NCBI GenBank assembly: GCA_963749915.1
Contig: CAVVOP010000017.1
Coordinates: 60,538 to 124,537, forward strand
Reading direction: 5' to 3'
DNA length: 64,000 nt
From: an uncultured cyanobacterium
GTDB lineage: Bacteria > Cyanobacteriota > Cyanobacteriia > Cyanobacteriales > Cyanobacteriaceae
The notes beneath the pieces were generated by a model that ran no database searches, had not been told where the DNA came from, and was given only the letters and a program-made list of their open reading frames with translations. A program made the position numbers and the translations under genes. Of this stretch, positions 45,154 through 55,711 are shown in pieces (within the stretch, counting starts at the first letter, position 1; each line of letters begins with the position of its first letter).

Positions 45154-46614
45154 TTACTTTCCCCCCTTATAAGAGATAGTTTTAAAACTACTATTCCGAC
45201 CATTGTCAAAGTCTGGAATCACCCAATCTTGTCCTAGTTGAATCGTTATATCCGATGCTAATACGCCTGTACTCTCTACTATAACTTCACCCACTCCTAA
45301 ATCAGCCCTAATTTTGGCGGCGGAATAATTATCTCCTTGTTGTGCGACAATTTTAGTCTTTAATAAAGGTTGAGTAGCAAATTGTTGAGTTAAAAATGCC
45401 CGACGATAACCATTAGCCTGTAAATATTCCACTACTTTTTGTCCCGTTTCTTGATTATCTTTATTACTTTGTACTGCAATCTTTAACCTTGTGGGATCAG
45501 ATTCACGGGAAGCTGTGTAAGAATCTGGCTGCATCTCAAAGTGTTGAGCCATTACCCCGGAGATTTTATTATGATTGGGCAACCAGTAGCTTAATTCTCC
45601 TTCTTCAGGAATATTAAAATCTCCGGGCAACATAACCATATTCACGTTAGAGCGATTTTTTTGTCCGGTAAAACCTGCGATCGCAATTAATTCATTGGTG
45701 GTTAAATTAGTGTCTAAATATGACCGAACCACAGATAGAATATCAGGCATTCTTAAAATAGTTCTCGGATTCAAAGCCTGTTCAATCAAAGCGCGCATGA
45801 AAGTTTGTTGTCTTTGAACTCTACCAATATCTCCATAGGCATCATAACGGAAACGCAAAAATTGAAGGGCTTTTTCTCCGTTAAGATGTTGTTGTCCTTC
45901 TTTTAAATCAATATATAGATGTTGACTATGGTCAGTATATTTCATGTTTTGAGGTACATAGAGATTAATACCCCCCAAAGCATCAATAAATTTTTCTACC
46001 CCTAGCACATTTATCCGGATATAGCGATCTATGGGTACATCATCTAATAAACTACTAACAGACTCCGCCGCTAAAGCAGGCCCTCCGTAATAATTCGCAT
46101 CGTTAATTTTAGTTACACCCCTACCTCTAACTAGGGTTTTAGTGTCCCGAGGAATTGATAAAACTGTCACATAATCTTTTTCAGGGTCAAATCTTAGCAA
46201 CAGCATACTATCAGATAACCCCTGAAAAGAGTTAACTAGGGAGTGATACCCCAAATCCGGGTGATCTTGATCGGGGACATCATCGCTAGTAACCTTGATA
46301 CCGAGAACAAGGATATTAACAGGCCTACTTAATTTCGGAATTTGCAAACTGTCAAAAGTCAGAGTTTCTTCTTGATTAAAAACGGCTTCTTGTGCAGGAG
46401 TTAATTTAGCTTGTCGTAAAGGGGTGTGAGATAAAGATAGGGCTAATAACGCCCCTACTGTAGCAGAAAATACGGCGATGGCACTCAACCCAAAACCAAC
46501 TAATAACCAACGAGGATTGGGTTTAGACGCATTTTGAGAGATCGATGTCGGAATTTTGGCGGACTGTTGACGATTAAAAGATTTACCTTTACGGCTAAAA
46601 TTTGCCTCTGACAT
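45154..46614 (-). CDS. LCP (LytR-CpsA-Psr) family protein with LytR_C domain
   Basis: N-terminal TM, SDSMLL, LSIPRDT, KINDA, FLRFRYD..GDIGRVQRQQ and C-terminal DITIQLGQD. Confidence 0.92.
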   Translation of the reverse strand: MSEANFSRKGKSFNRQQSAKIPTSISQNASKPNPRWLLVGFGLSAIAVFSATVGALLALSLSHTPLRQAKLTPAQEAVFNQEETLTFDSLQIPKLSRPVNILVLGIKVTSDDVPDQDHPDLGYHSLVNSFQGLSDSMLLLRFDPEKDYVTVLSIPRDTKTLVRGRGVTKINDANYYGGPALAAESVSSLLDDVPIDRYIRINVLGVEKFIDALGGINLYVPQNMKYTDHSQHLYIDLKEGQQHLNGEKALQFLRFRYDAYGDIGRVQRQQTFMRALIEQALNPRTILRMPDILSVVRSYLDTNLTTNELIAIAGFTGQKNRSNVNMVMLPGDFNIPEEGELSYWLPNHNKISGVMAQHFEMQPDSYTASRESDPTRLKIAVQSNKDNQETGQKVVEYLQANGYRRAFLTQQFATQPLLKTKIVAQQGDNYSAAKIRADLGVGEVIVESTGVLASDITIQLGQDWVIPDFDNGRNSSFKTISYKGGK

Positions 46615-46765
46615 TGAATCTCCTCACACACAAAGATGATAAATATTTAATGATAACTTAACAATTTTAACTTGATTTTGTCTTTATGGTTATTATTGGC
46701 ATCTGACTTTTACCGAAAATTGCTAATTTTGAACAAAAAAGCAGAACAAAGGCGATGATGATCTG

Positions 46766-47539
46766 TTAAAAATTATCCTTCATGCCCCTTAAACGCCCAA
46801 AAACTCTTTCAGGTTCTTGAAAACCCATGGCCGTTTGAATGCTAGGAGTATCCCAACGTAAAAAAGGATTCGTTAATTTTTCCATTTGAATAGAAGATGG
46901 TATTGTGGGAATATCTTGTTGACGATCAAGAGTAACTTGTTGATAACGTTTTTGTAAATCTTGATTATCACCATCTACCGTCACCGCAAATTTTAAATTG
47001 CTGAGGGTATATTCATGGGCACACCATACCCTAGTAGAATCGGGAAGATTACGCAATTTACTTAAAGAATTTACCATATCCGTCGGTGTTCCCTCAAATA
47101 ATCGCCCACAACCACCGGCAAATAAAGTATCACCGCAAAACAATTCGCCCCAACCTGACTCCTCTACAGGGGAAAAATAATAGGCAATATGAGCGTAAGT
47201 ATGACCAGGTATAAAATACACATCCGCTTTTCTACCGGCAAATTCGACGGTATCACCTTCTTGTAAAAATACCTTTTGACAGGGGATTCTACCTTGATCC
47301 TTTATGCCACCGTAAACCACCGCATCAGGATAATGCTCTAATAGTTCTTTATTACCGCCTACATGATCACCATGATGATGGGTGTTGAAAATCGCCACTA
47401 AATTTCCACCAAGTTTTTCAATTTCGGCCAATACAGGTTTTGCTTCGGCTGGATCAACTACTGCAACCTGGTTACTATTAACATCATGGAGTAAAAATAT
47501 ATAGTTATCACTTAAAACGGGGATTCTGATAATATTCAT
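46766..47539 (-). CDS. gloB: Hydroxyacylglutathione hydrolase (glyoxalase II)
   Basis: THHHGDHVGG, PGHT, GDTLFAGGCGR, CAHEYT and NPFLR motifs. Confidence 0.95.
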   Translation of the reverse strand: MNIIRIPVLSDNYIFLLHDVNSNQVAVVDPAEAKPVLAEIEKLGGNLVAIFNTHHHGDHVGGNKELLEHYPDAVVYGGIKDQGRIPCQKVFLQEGDTVEFAGRKADVYFIPGHTYAHIAYYFSPVEESGWGELFCGDTLFAGGCGRLFEGTPTDMVNSLSKLRNLPDSTRVWCAHEYTLSNLKFAVTVDGDNQDLQKRYQQVTLDRQQDIPTIPSSIQMEKLTNPFLRWDTPSIQTAMGFQEPERVFGRLRGMKDNF

Positions 47540-47669
47540 GGAATAATCAAATAAAATAACTTAGTATCTTCATTTTAGCTATTATGATTCTCTTTCTTTT
47601 TTGTCGATCCTGAAAAAGAAAAACCCTTCAGGCAATCGTGTTGGCTGCGGCTCTTCTGAAGTAAAGAAG

Positions 47670-47790
47670 TTAAATGGCCAACAATCTTTCTGGTTCCTGA
47701 AACGGGAGCAGGTCAGGTCAAATTTGCAGAACAAATAAACTACTTTTTTCCTTCAATTGTCCAATCTGTTGGTATAGTTCGTTGATAAAG
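47670..47790 (-). pseudogene. IS3-family remnant
   Basis: The minus strand encodes INELYQQIGQLK (IS3 OrfA coiled-coil tail) next to TGACCTGCTCCCG, an IS3-like terminal sequence. Confidence 0.45.
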
Positions 47791-47831
47791 TTTCCATATC
47801 TTCAGGAAATTCACCTTTACTAACTAATTTG

Positions 47832-49134
47832 CTATACTTTTGCAGTTTTTTGTAAATGATTTGTAATTTTTATACTCAGAGACAAAAAAATTAATAAATA
47901 CTATTTTAGCAAGGGTGATCGTGTAAGAGGTAAGTCAATCTGACACTTCACTGCCATTTTCGCCATCATTGATTGAGTCCTGATGATAGAGTAAATCATG
48001 GAAACATCAGTTAATCTACAGTTAGTCCCAATGGAACGGTTTATCCCCATAGAATTACTCAGCTACTTCACCTTATTTCATTGTCATTTCTCGAAACCGA
48101 ATTTTGTCTATAGTGGCAATGCCGATAGAGGGTCCAAACTTAAAGGACATCATTGGGGTATTCTGGGACTGATTAGTTGGGAGAAAACTAGCAATCGTTA
48201 TTGGTGTTGGGTGACGAAGATGAGACTTATTTCGGGAAAATTAAATCCATTCCAGTTTAATCGTTGATCCCCAGGGTGTAGCTCGGCGAGCTGATTTTTG
48301 GGATGGAGTCATTCCCTTAATACTGAATTAAAACAGCAAATCGGGTCTAGTCTATTGCGAATTGTCGTGGATGCTTATTTTTGTAAGGTTCCTTTTTTAC
48401 AGCCTTTAGTCTCGGCGAAAATTCACGTGATTACTCGAATGCGAAAAGATGGAGTCGCTTGGGAGCAAAGAATAGAACAGAAAGGGAAAAAATCTGTCAA
48501 AATGCAAGGTGAATGGAAAGTGGCTCATTTATTGGAACAGTTTTCTCCTCAGCAACTGTGGGTCAACATCTATGGCAAACAAGTCCAAGTTGAAGCAGTA
48601 GAAAGAGAAGTTTTTATTCGCGGATTTGGGCCCAAAGTCAAGGTGGTTGTAACCAAGGGAATCAAAGAACCGATTATTTTTCTCTCAACGGATCTGAGCT
48701 TAAGTGCAGCTCAAATTATTGAAATTTACGGTGCTCGCTTCTCAATTGAATTAGCCATCAGAGACTTGAAACAGCATTTTGGCTTGGGAGACTATCAATG
48801 TTATTTAGGCATCGCCATTGACCGCTTTGTTAATCTAGCTTGTGTTACTTATTGTCTTTTTGGCTTATTGCAACGGCAACAAATGAAGTCGGAATGGATG
48901 CCTAAAGTTTCTCCTCGTCATTCCGAATTGAGTTTTTCTCGTCTTCGTCAAGGACTTCAACATTTTGCTATTAGTCGTGTGCTTTCACCTAAGTCCGCTT
49001 CTGAAGCGGACTTGCCGCCAGAGTCTCCTGAGCTAGACCAGATTCTTCGTCTAGCCGCCTAACCCCGTCAGTTTCAATATTTAATGAGTCAGCCCAGAAT
49101 CTGGATTTTTGGGTAAATTTCTGCGAAAGTATAG
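47832..49134 (+). mobile_element. Internally deleted IS701/IS4-like DDE insertion sequence
   Basis: Terminal inverted repeats CTATACTTTTGCAG (47832) and CTGCGAAAGTATAG (49121-49134) match at 13 of 14 positions. Transposase fragments 47998-48267 and 48298-49062 carry VVDAYF, ITRMRKD and Y..RFSIE..IRDLKQHFG. Confidence 0.8.
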
Positions 49135-49169
49135 TTGTTAATAAATTCAATTTTGAGCAGAGGTAAATT

Positions 49170-49772
49170 ATGACGACATTACTTGTACAAGCGACCTCGG
49201 CTCCTATGACGATCAATCTTCCTTGGATTATGCCAATGACGGAGGAACAATTTTATGAATTTTGTTTAGCCAATCGAGATTTACGCATTGAACGCACTGC
49301 CAGTGGAGAAGTCATCGTTATGCCTCCTGCCTTTTCGGATACGGGTAATCGGAATTTTAATATTGCTGTCCAACTTTGGAACTGGACAGAAAGGGATGGG
49401 ACGGGGCTTGGGTTTGACTCCAGCACGGGCTTTACTCTGCCCAATGGTGCAACTCGTTCACCCGATGCTGCTTGGATTAAATTAGAACGCTGGAATGCTT
49501 TAACAGAAAAACAAAAAGCATCTTTTGCCCCCATTTGTCCCGATTTTGTCATTGAATTGCGTTCTGCTAGTGATACAGTATCCAGTTTGCAGAAAAAGAT
49601 GGAGGAATATATTGCTAATGGTACTTTACTGGGCTGGTTAATCGATCGCCAAAATCGCCAAGTCTATATTTATCGCCCCCATCGGGAACCAGAGATTTTA
49701 AATGCGCCTGAAACCATTAGTGGCGATCCAGAATTGCCAGGGTTTGAGTTAGTAATGGCTAAGATTTGGTAA
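49170..49772 (+). CDS. Uma2 family endonuclease
   Basis: FDSSTGFTLPNGATRSPDAAW, PICPDFVIELRS and KMEEYI motifs. Confidence 0.93.
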   Translation: MTTLLVQATSAPMTINLPWIMPMTEEQFYEFCLANRDLRIERTASGEVIVMPPAFSDTGNRNFNIAVQLWNWTERDGTGLGFDSSTGFTLPNGATRSPDAAWIKLERWNALTEKQKASFAPICPDFVIELRSASDTVSSLQKKMEEYIANGTLLGWLIDRQNRQVYIYRPHREPEILNAPETISGDPELPGFELVMAKIW

Positions 49773-49848
49773 CGGCGATCGCCGCGTGTCAGCCAATCCC
49801 CATTCCGTAGAATAGCTGAGGTTATTGCTGATACCCGCCATGTTTGAT

Positions 49849-52299
49849 AACGCTCTTCTGGAACTTTAGGTAAAGGAGAAACAAAAACTATAGGAAAAAA
49901 ACTTCTCCAACATAGAATTTATGAATTGATTTATTTGGGAAAATAATCGCCAAAACGAGCCAACTATCTTAGGTTTAAAAAACATTAATAACCAAGGCTT
50001 TAGCAAGTTAAAACAAGACAATGGTTGCAGAAATAGCCTTAATTTATTGAGGATATTTTTCCAGCCTTTTCCCTCATTCCACCACGGATGTTTTTTCATT
50101 TCTTCGTAAGCGTTCAGGGGGGAACGAAAATATGGTAGTTTAGAGACATGGAAAAAGAGCAACTACTAAAAACGAATTTTTTCACCACAGAAGAATGGGA
50201 TTCGACTCCTCAAGGAGTTAAAAATTTTGTGGTGCAACAAAAATTAAGAATTCAAGAACTGGAAAATGAACAACAAGAATTAAAGAAGATAGTAGAAAAT
50301 CTGCAAGAAAAAGTTAATTGTAACTCGAAAAATTCGGGTATTCCACCATCGAGTGAAATAGTTAAACCAGAGAAGAAAAAGGCGAAGAAAAGAAAGAAAA
50401 GAAATAGAGGTGGGCAAATTGGGCATCACGGTTATAGTCGAGAATTATATCCAGAATCCCAATGTCAAAGTACCAAAAACCACTTACCAGAAACCTGTAA
50501 ATGTTGTGGGGAAAAACTTTCAGGTACAGACTCCAATCCCTATCGACACCAAGTAGTGGAAATACCACCGATTTTGGGGTGAAAATGTCATTAGGAATGG
50601 TAAATCGCCTCAGAAATGAAGCCAGTGTAGCGTTGTCATCAGCTGTAGAATCAGCAAAAACTTATATTCAATCATTTGATGGCACAAGAGAAAAAGTTGT
50701 TCAGGTTGTGGCCAAGAGTCAGAGATGGAACTTTAAGTAGAAAGGAATTTCAATTGTTAGTATCACCAATTAGGAGTCGTGTTCAAGAACTATTGACAGA
50801 AACAGCCGCATTTGAGATTGGTTCAAGGGAAAAAACTCCTTGGGCGAAAACGGTGCGTACTTGCCGACAATTGTTGAAAGTGGAATCTGCCTTATGGCTG
50901 TTTGTGGAAGTAGAAGATGTCGAACCGACTAATAATTCGGCGGAAAGAGCAATTCGTCCTGGTGTTTTGTGGAAAAAGACCAGTTTTGGTTCTCAAAGTG
51001 AGAATGGGAGCATTTTCGTGGCAAGAATGCTCACGGTGGTTAGTAGTTTGCGCTCTCAAAATCGTAGTGTTTTAGAGTTTATCCGAGAAACTATCACAGC
51101 TCATAGACAGGGAATTTCCACACCATCTTTAATCCCAACAGCGATCAACTCTGAAGATCGAGAAGATGGGATCGTTACCTCAAATCTTGAAAGAGAAAAT
51201 GAGTCTATCCCTTTAGTTGCGTAACCCTCTGAACGTTTACATTTCTTCTTGTAATTTTTTTTCTTTTTCTACAGTTTCTTTTTTTGATTGATTTAATTGT
51301 TCTGACTGTAAACTTACCATTAAGTATACAGTCATTACCATTTCCCACCATTTTTCAATTCTCCTAAATTCTGTTACCCTAAAATCAGCCCATCCTAATT
51401 CATTTTTGCTTTGTTTTAATCCATATTCTACCCAATTTCTTAACCCGTACAAATTTCCCACTTCTTGATATTTTATCCCCGGTATTTTTGTCATTATATA
51501 CCAGGTTGAATTTGGGGGTAATGTTTCTTGATCATCTGTTACTTGCCAATATCTAGTTTCTCTTTTCTTGCCGTAAATTATTTCCCTTACATATCTTTTT
51601 TCTTTCTTTTGTGTGGAAAATATTCTCTCAAATTCTTTCCATTTATTTGCTCTCACTCTTTGTCCAGAAGGCAACCACATCCCATGGTTACTTCTTATTG
51701 CGCTTTACGAAGTTTAGTTCTTCTTGATTTAAGATACTGACAAAATTGTCTTCACTTTCTCCATATTCACTATCCCCTAACACTAACTTAATTTTAAAGC
51801 CTTTTTCTTTCAATTTTTTGATCATTTCTCCTCCTATTTTTGGCTTACTTTTGTATTGATCTCCTTTTTTTAATCTCTCTTTTGGTTTATAAATTTCCTC
51901 GAGTAAAGGAAATGTAATTCCTCGAACTAATCCATAAGCTGTTACCGTTACTATTCCATTTTCTACTTTGCCTAAATTTCCAATATATTGCCTTGTGACA
52001 TAATCGGTTTTATTTCCTTTCTTTCTATCTCCTGTTTCATCTATTATTACGATAATGTCTTCTCCATTTATTACTTGTAAAATTAACTCTAATCTTCTAT
52101 TTTTTAGCTCTTCCACTGACCAAGGTGATTCGGTTAAAAAGTGATTTAATCCCTCAGCATTTTCTAACCCTAATACCTTGGCGATTGCTGGTAAACTTTT
52201 TCTTTTTATATCTGATATTAGTCCCAAATGCAGATACTTAAAATACTCAAATGTTCTCACTTCTGGAAATAAATCTCGATAGATTTCGCAGTATTGATC
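49849..52299 (-). mobile_element. IS701-family element, 5'-truncated, frameshifted and interrupted by IS66
   Basis: Transposase pieces are 51688-52299 (RKSLPAIAK, IIDETGDRKKG, RQYIGNLGKVENG), 51237-51680 (YGLRNWVEYGLKQSKNELGW) and 49866-50105 (HPWWNEGKGWKN). A terminal-repeat-like AACGCTCTTCTGGAACTTT lies at 49849. Confidence 0.85.
50106..51240 (+). mobile_element. IS66-family element (single-ORF type), internally deleted
   Basis: TIRs GTAAGCGTTCAG / CTGAACGTTTAC with a perfect 8-bp target duplication ATTTCTTC (50098-50105 and 51241-51248). Transposase fragments carry NSKNSGIPPS, GGQIGHHG, CKCCG and EPTNNSAERAIR. Confidence 0.9.
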
Positions 52300-52479
52300 C
52301 TCCGCCAACTTTTGCGTCGTATCGGTGAAGTGACCCCAGAAAGGCGATCGCAGATCCAAGCCTTATCCCTCCCTCAGCTTGAAGCATTGGGGGAGGCGTT
52401 GTTGGATTTTACGAAACCCGACGATTTGGATGAATGGTTGCGTTCACGCAGTGTCGCTGATAGCGAATCGCATCTGTAG
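52294..52479 (+). pseudogene. C-terminal DUF4351 fragment of an Rpn-family gene
   Basis: LILRQLLRRIGEV...IQALSLPQLEALGEALLDF...DLDEWL is the DUF4351 consensus. The probable original start ATG TTT GAT AA lies at 49840. Confidence 0.8.
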
Positions 52480-52580
52480 GATTGGCTCTTGGGGCGATCG
52501 CATTCTTGTCGCAAGAGTTTGAAGAAAGCGATCGCACTATGATGAGATTCGCTATAATAGCGCAGTAAATCTAGCAAAGT

Positions 52581-52868
52581 ATGCACATTATTTCTGTTAA
52601 AGCATTGCGTCAATTTTGGGAAAAGTATCCTGACAGTGAAACTGCACTGATTCGTTGGTTTAAACTCATGAACTCGGCAAAGTTTCAAACTTTTGACGAA
52701 TTACGCTCTGTTCTTCCTAGTGCTGATCTTGTGGGTGATTTAATCGTGTTTAATATTGGTGGTAACAAATACCGCTTAATTACTTCAATTCATTTTAATC
52801 GCCAGAAAGTTTATATTCGTTATATCTTAACCCATTCAGAATACGACAAAAACAAATGGAAAACTTAA
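52581..52868 (+). CDS. higB: HigB-family toxin (type II TA)
   Basis: MHIISVKALRQFW, PSADLVG, VFNIGGNKYRLI and ILTHSEYDK motifs. Confidence 0.92.
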   Translation: MHIISVKALRQFWEKYPDSETALIRWFKLMNSAKFQTFDELRSVLPSADLVGDLIVFNIGGNKYRLITSIHFNRQKVYIRYILTHSEYDKNKWKT

Positions 52869-53266
52869 CCACACTTCCCCCAGATATTAATACTCATTGG
52901 AGTGCGCTCTCACCTATACTTACGATTCGCAATGAGGAAGAATATGAGCAAGCTATCAAGCTATTGAATGATTTAATTACTCAAATTGGTACGAATGAAC
53001 AGCATCCTCTCTATAATTTGCTTGATACCTTGGGGACGCTGATTGAGGCTTATGAGACAGAGCATTATTCTATTCCTAATTGTAGCGGGAATGATATATT
53101 AGCTTATCTAATAGAAGAACATGGATTAGGTTTATCAGACTTGCCTGAAATTGGTACAGCGGAAAAAATAGAAGCGATTTTAAATAAAAAGCAAGATTTA
53201 ACTCTAAGTCAGATACAACACTTAGCACAACGTTTTAAAGTTCAACCTCGGGTATTTCTAGATTAG
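52856..53266 (+). CDS. higA: HigA-family HTH antitoxin
   Basis: IRNEEEYEQA...LLDTLGTLIEAYE with a C-terminal HTH. Overlaps the toxin stop codon in toxin-first order. Confidence 0.9.
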   Translation: MENLTTLPPDINTHWSALSPILTIRNEEEYEQAIKLLNDLITQIGTNEQHPLYNLLDTLGTLIEAYETEHYSIPNCSGNDILAYLIEEHGLGLSDLPEIGTAEKIEAILNKKQDLTLSQIQHLAQRFKVQPRVFLD

Positions 53267-53430
53267 AATCAATGTTACGTTACCTATTTGTCTGACCACA
53301 ATCTGGCTTGATTTATAATCTTCAACTGAGTTGGTTTTATTTGAGGCGATCGCTCTTTTTGTCCTAAGAGTTTGAGACTATTTTCTTACATCGAACTCAG
53401 GTGAAAATAAGCCTCTGTAGAACTTTCCCC

Positions 53431-55055
53431 CTGAAGGGGTGACGACACCTCTGAAACGATTAAACTGTAAACATTTTAAGAGCTAAGTTGACTTTTAAAT
53501 TAACTCAAATCTAATTTCTTATTAAGAATATAGCGACACCATAAATATTAAGTGTTCTTTTAATGCTGGTTAAATAACAGACAAAATCTGGCACAATTAG
53601 TACTTGTAATTATATTTCTTACTAATAATGATTAGTTTGTTAAAAGATTTTGAAACACATTTAAATCGATATTTAAAACCAACACAATTTCAAACATTAT
53701 CAATTTTAATTGGTTTATTAAATCAGTATAAACAAGTTAAAATAGAAACCTTAGCCACTTATTTTCCCTTGCCAATTTTGTTTGAAAGTCGCCGAAGACA
53801 CATTCAAAGATTTTTAGTGCTTACGGGTTTAAGTATTAGTTTAATTTGGTTTCCTATTATTCTCACAATTATTCATCAACAAATTCCCTGTAATTTTCCC
53901 TTGATAATCGCTTTAGATCGAACTCAATGGCAAGAGAATAATGTCTTTATGATTAGTTTAATTTATTCTCGTCGTGCATTGCCAATTTATTGGACTATTT
54001 TGAACAAAAAAGGGGCGAGTAATCTTCAAGAACAAAAAGCATTAATTCGACCAGTAATCAAATTGTTAAATAAATATCATATTATGATCATAGGAGATAG
54101 AGAATTTCATTCCATTGAGTTAGCTACATGGTTGAAAAAAGAGAAACAAAAAAGGAAAAATAAAATCGATTTTGCCCTCAGACAAAAACAGGGTACTTTT
54201 TATCATCGAGGGGGTAAAAAGTATGAAAAACTATCAGATATAGAGATTGAAAGGGGAGTAAAGCAGATAAAGATGGGGATAAAAGTTACAAAAAAGACTG
54301 GTTTTAGCCGACATAATTTAGCAATATATCATCAAAGAAAAAGAAAAAATAAAAGTAGTGAAGAACCATGGTATATCTTAACATCATTAGAGAATGAAAT
54401 AGAAGTAATCAAGATTTATGAGCAAAGAATGGGTATTGAAATGATGTTCAAAGATTATAAAACAGGAGGTTATAATTTAGAAGGAAGTAAAGCAAATATA
54501 CAAAGACTAACTAATGTAATTTTATTGATTGCTATGGCCTATACAAAGCAAACATTGAAGGGAAGAATAATTAAAAATAAAGGACAGCAAAAATATATAG
54601 GAAGGCCACAAGAAAAAAGAAGAAAAACAAAAAGAAACAGTGAATTTTGGATTGGTTTATATGGTGAAAGTTGGGCAAATAAATATGAAAAATATCAAGA
54701 GGAAATTAATAAAATAATAAGTTTAAATAGTAACAAGTTAACGTTTTATCACCGAGGGTTGAAAGCAAAAGATGAAATAATGAAAGTCTATGAATAAACC
54801 TAAGGTAATTATTGTAAATATTACGCTAATTAATTTTAGGCAAGTTTTTCGTTGTACTGAAAATAAATAAAACTACTGGTACTTGTGCTGATCACGAAAA
54901 AATTAAGGGACTAACTATGTTACTTAACACAAATCTCAATATATACAATAAGGCTATTCTCAATAAGAACTTGAGATACTATCAATTTATATAGTATGTC
55001 AAAAAGCCGAATTAATTACCAAATATAGCTTTTGGGCTGCTCGTCACCCCTTCAG
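53431..55055 (+). mobile_element. IS4-family insertion sequence, apparently intact
   Basis: Perfect 15-bp TIRs CTGAAGGGGTGACGA / TCGTCACCCCTTCAG. No target duplication is visible. Confidence 0.9.
53628..54797 (+). CDS. IS4-family DDE transposase
   Basis: IALDRTQW, IIGDREF and Y..RMGIEMMFKDYKTGGYNLE (YREK-type) motifs. Confidence 0.92.
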   Translation: MISLLKDFETHLNRYLKPTQFQTLSILIGLLNQYKQVKIETLATYFPLPILFESRRRHIQRFLVLTGLSISLIWFPIILTIIHQQIPCNFPLIIALDRTQWQENNVFMISLIYSRRALPIYWTILNKKGASNLQEQKALIRPVIKLLNKYHIMIIGDREFHSIELATWLKKEKQKRKNKIDFALRQKQGTFYHRGGKKYEKLSDIEIERGVKQIKMGIKVTKKTGFSRHNLAIYHQRKRKNKSSEEPWYILTSLENEIEVIKIYEQRMGIEMMFKDYKTGGYNLEGSKANIQRLTNVILLIAMAYTKQTLKGRIIKNKGQQKYIGRPQEKRRKTKRNSEFWIGLYGESWANKYEKYQEEINKIISLNSNKLTFYHRGLKAKDEIMKVYE

Positions 55056-55312
55056 TTAAAAATTAGCTCATCAATAGTAATATAAGTCCATTTTTTTGAG
55101 ATTTTTATTGCTTCGATAATAGTAATAGCTGTAGATTTTAAAGAAATAGGACTAAAAGCATTACCGAACTCTAATAAAATAGCACTTGTAGTGACAAAAT
55201 GAATTTGCTGTTGTTTTAATTCATCTCGTATTTTAACCGCAGAAAGATGAAAAGTATCTCGCTTATTTCCCAATGCAATCAACGCCGAAGTATCAACAAA
55301 GATCGATTTCAT
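55052..55312 (-). pseudogene. VapC/PIN-domain toxin truncated by IS4
   Basis: IFVDTSALIAL and TTSAILLEF PIN motifs. The 86-aa ORF ends at a TGA inside the IS4 TIR. Confidence 0.85.
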
Positions 55313-55317
55313 TTTAA

Positions 55318-55554
55318 TTATTTTTTCGGGATTCCATATAAATAATGATCGTGATTTTCGGCAAAATCTTCTATTCCCGTATCAACAGCAATTTCAGAAA
55401 TCTTGAGATGATCCCAAGGATCTTCTTTGCTAGTTAATTCTTGTTGAATCTCATATGATATGCCTTCTGATAATAAAATATTTTCGATCTCCTTAATTAA
55501 CTCCGATGTTTTTTCTTGAGATAAAATGTCAGGTAAATTAATAGTTAGTTGCAT
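55318..55554 (-). CDS. Putative VapB-type antitoxin
   Basis: 78 aa ending DTGIEDFAENHDHYLYG, immediately upstream of the PIN gene. Confidence 0.75.
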   Translation of the reverse strand: MQLTINLPDILSQEKTSELIKEIENILLSEGISYEIQQELTSKEDPWDHLKISEIAVDTGIEDFAENHDHYLYGIPKK

Positions 55555-55711
55555 TTTTTGATTCTATTTAGAGCGATGATTTTTAATCATATTTAATATT
55601 ATATAACTGTTACTATCTCGTGTCTAAAATTAGAGAACTAATAGGTAACAGTAATGAGATTTAAGTTCATTATTAATCTGAAATTAATTTTGTCCTAAAC
55701 ACTTATTGAGT

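Noticed and set aside
49866..50162. ORFs 49866-50162 and 51688-52359 as independent genes with their listed starts
   Set aside because: Their N-termini are read-through from IS66 and from the antisense strand of DUF4351. They are pieces of one interrupted IS701 transposase.
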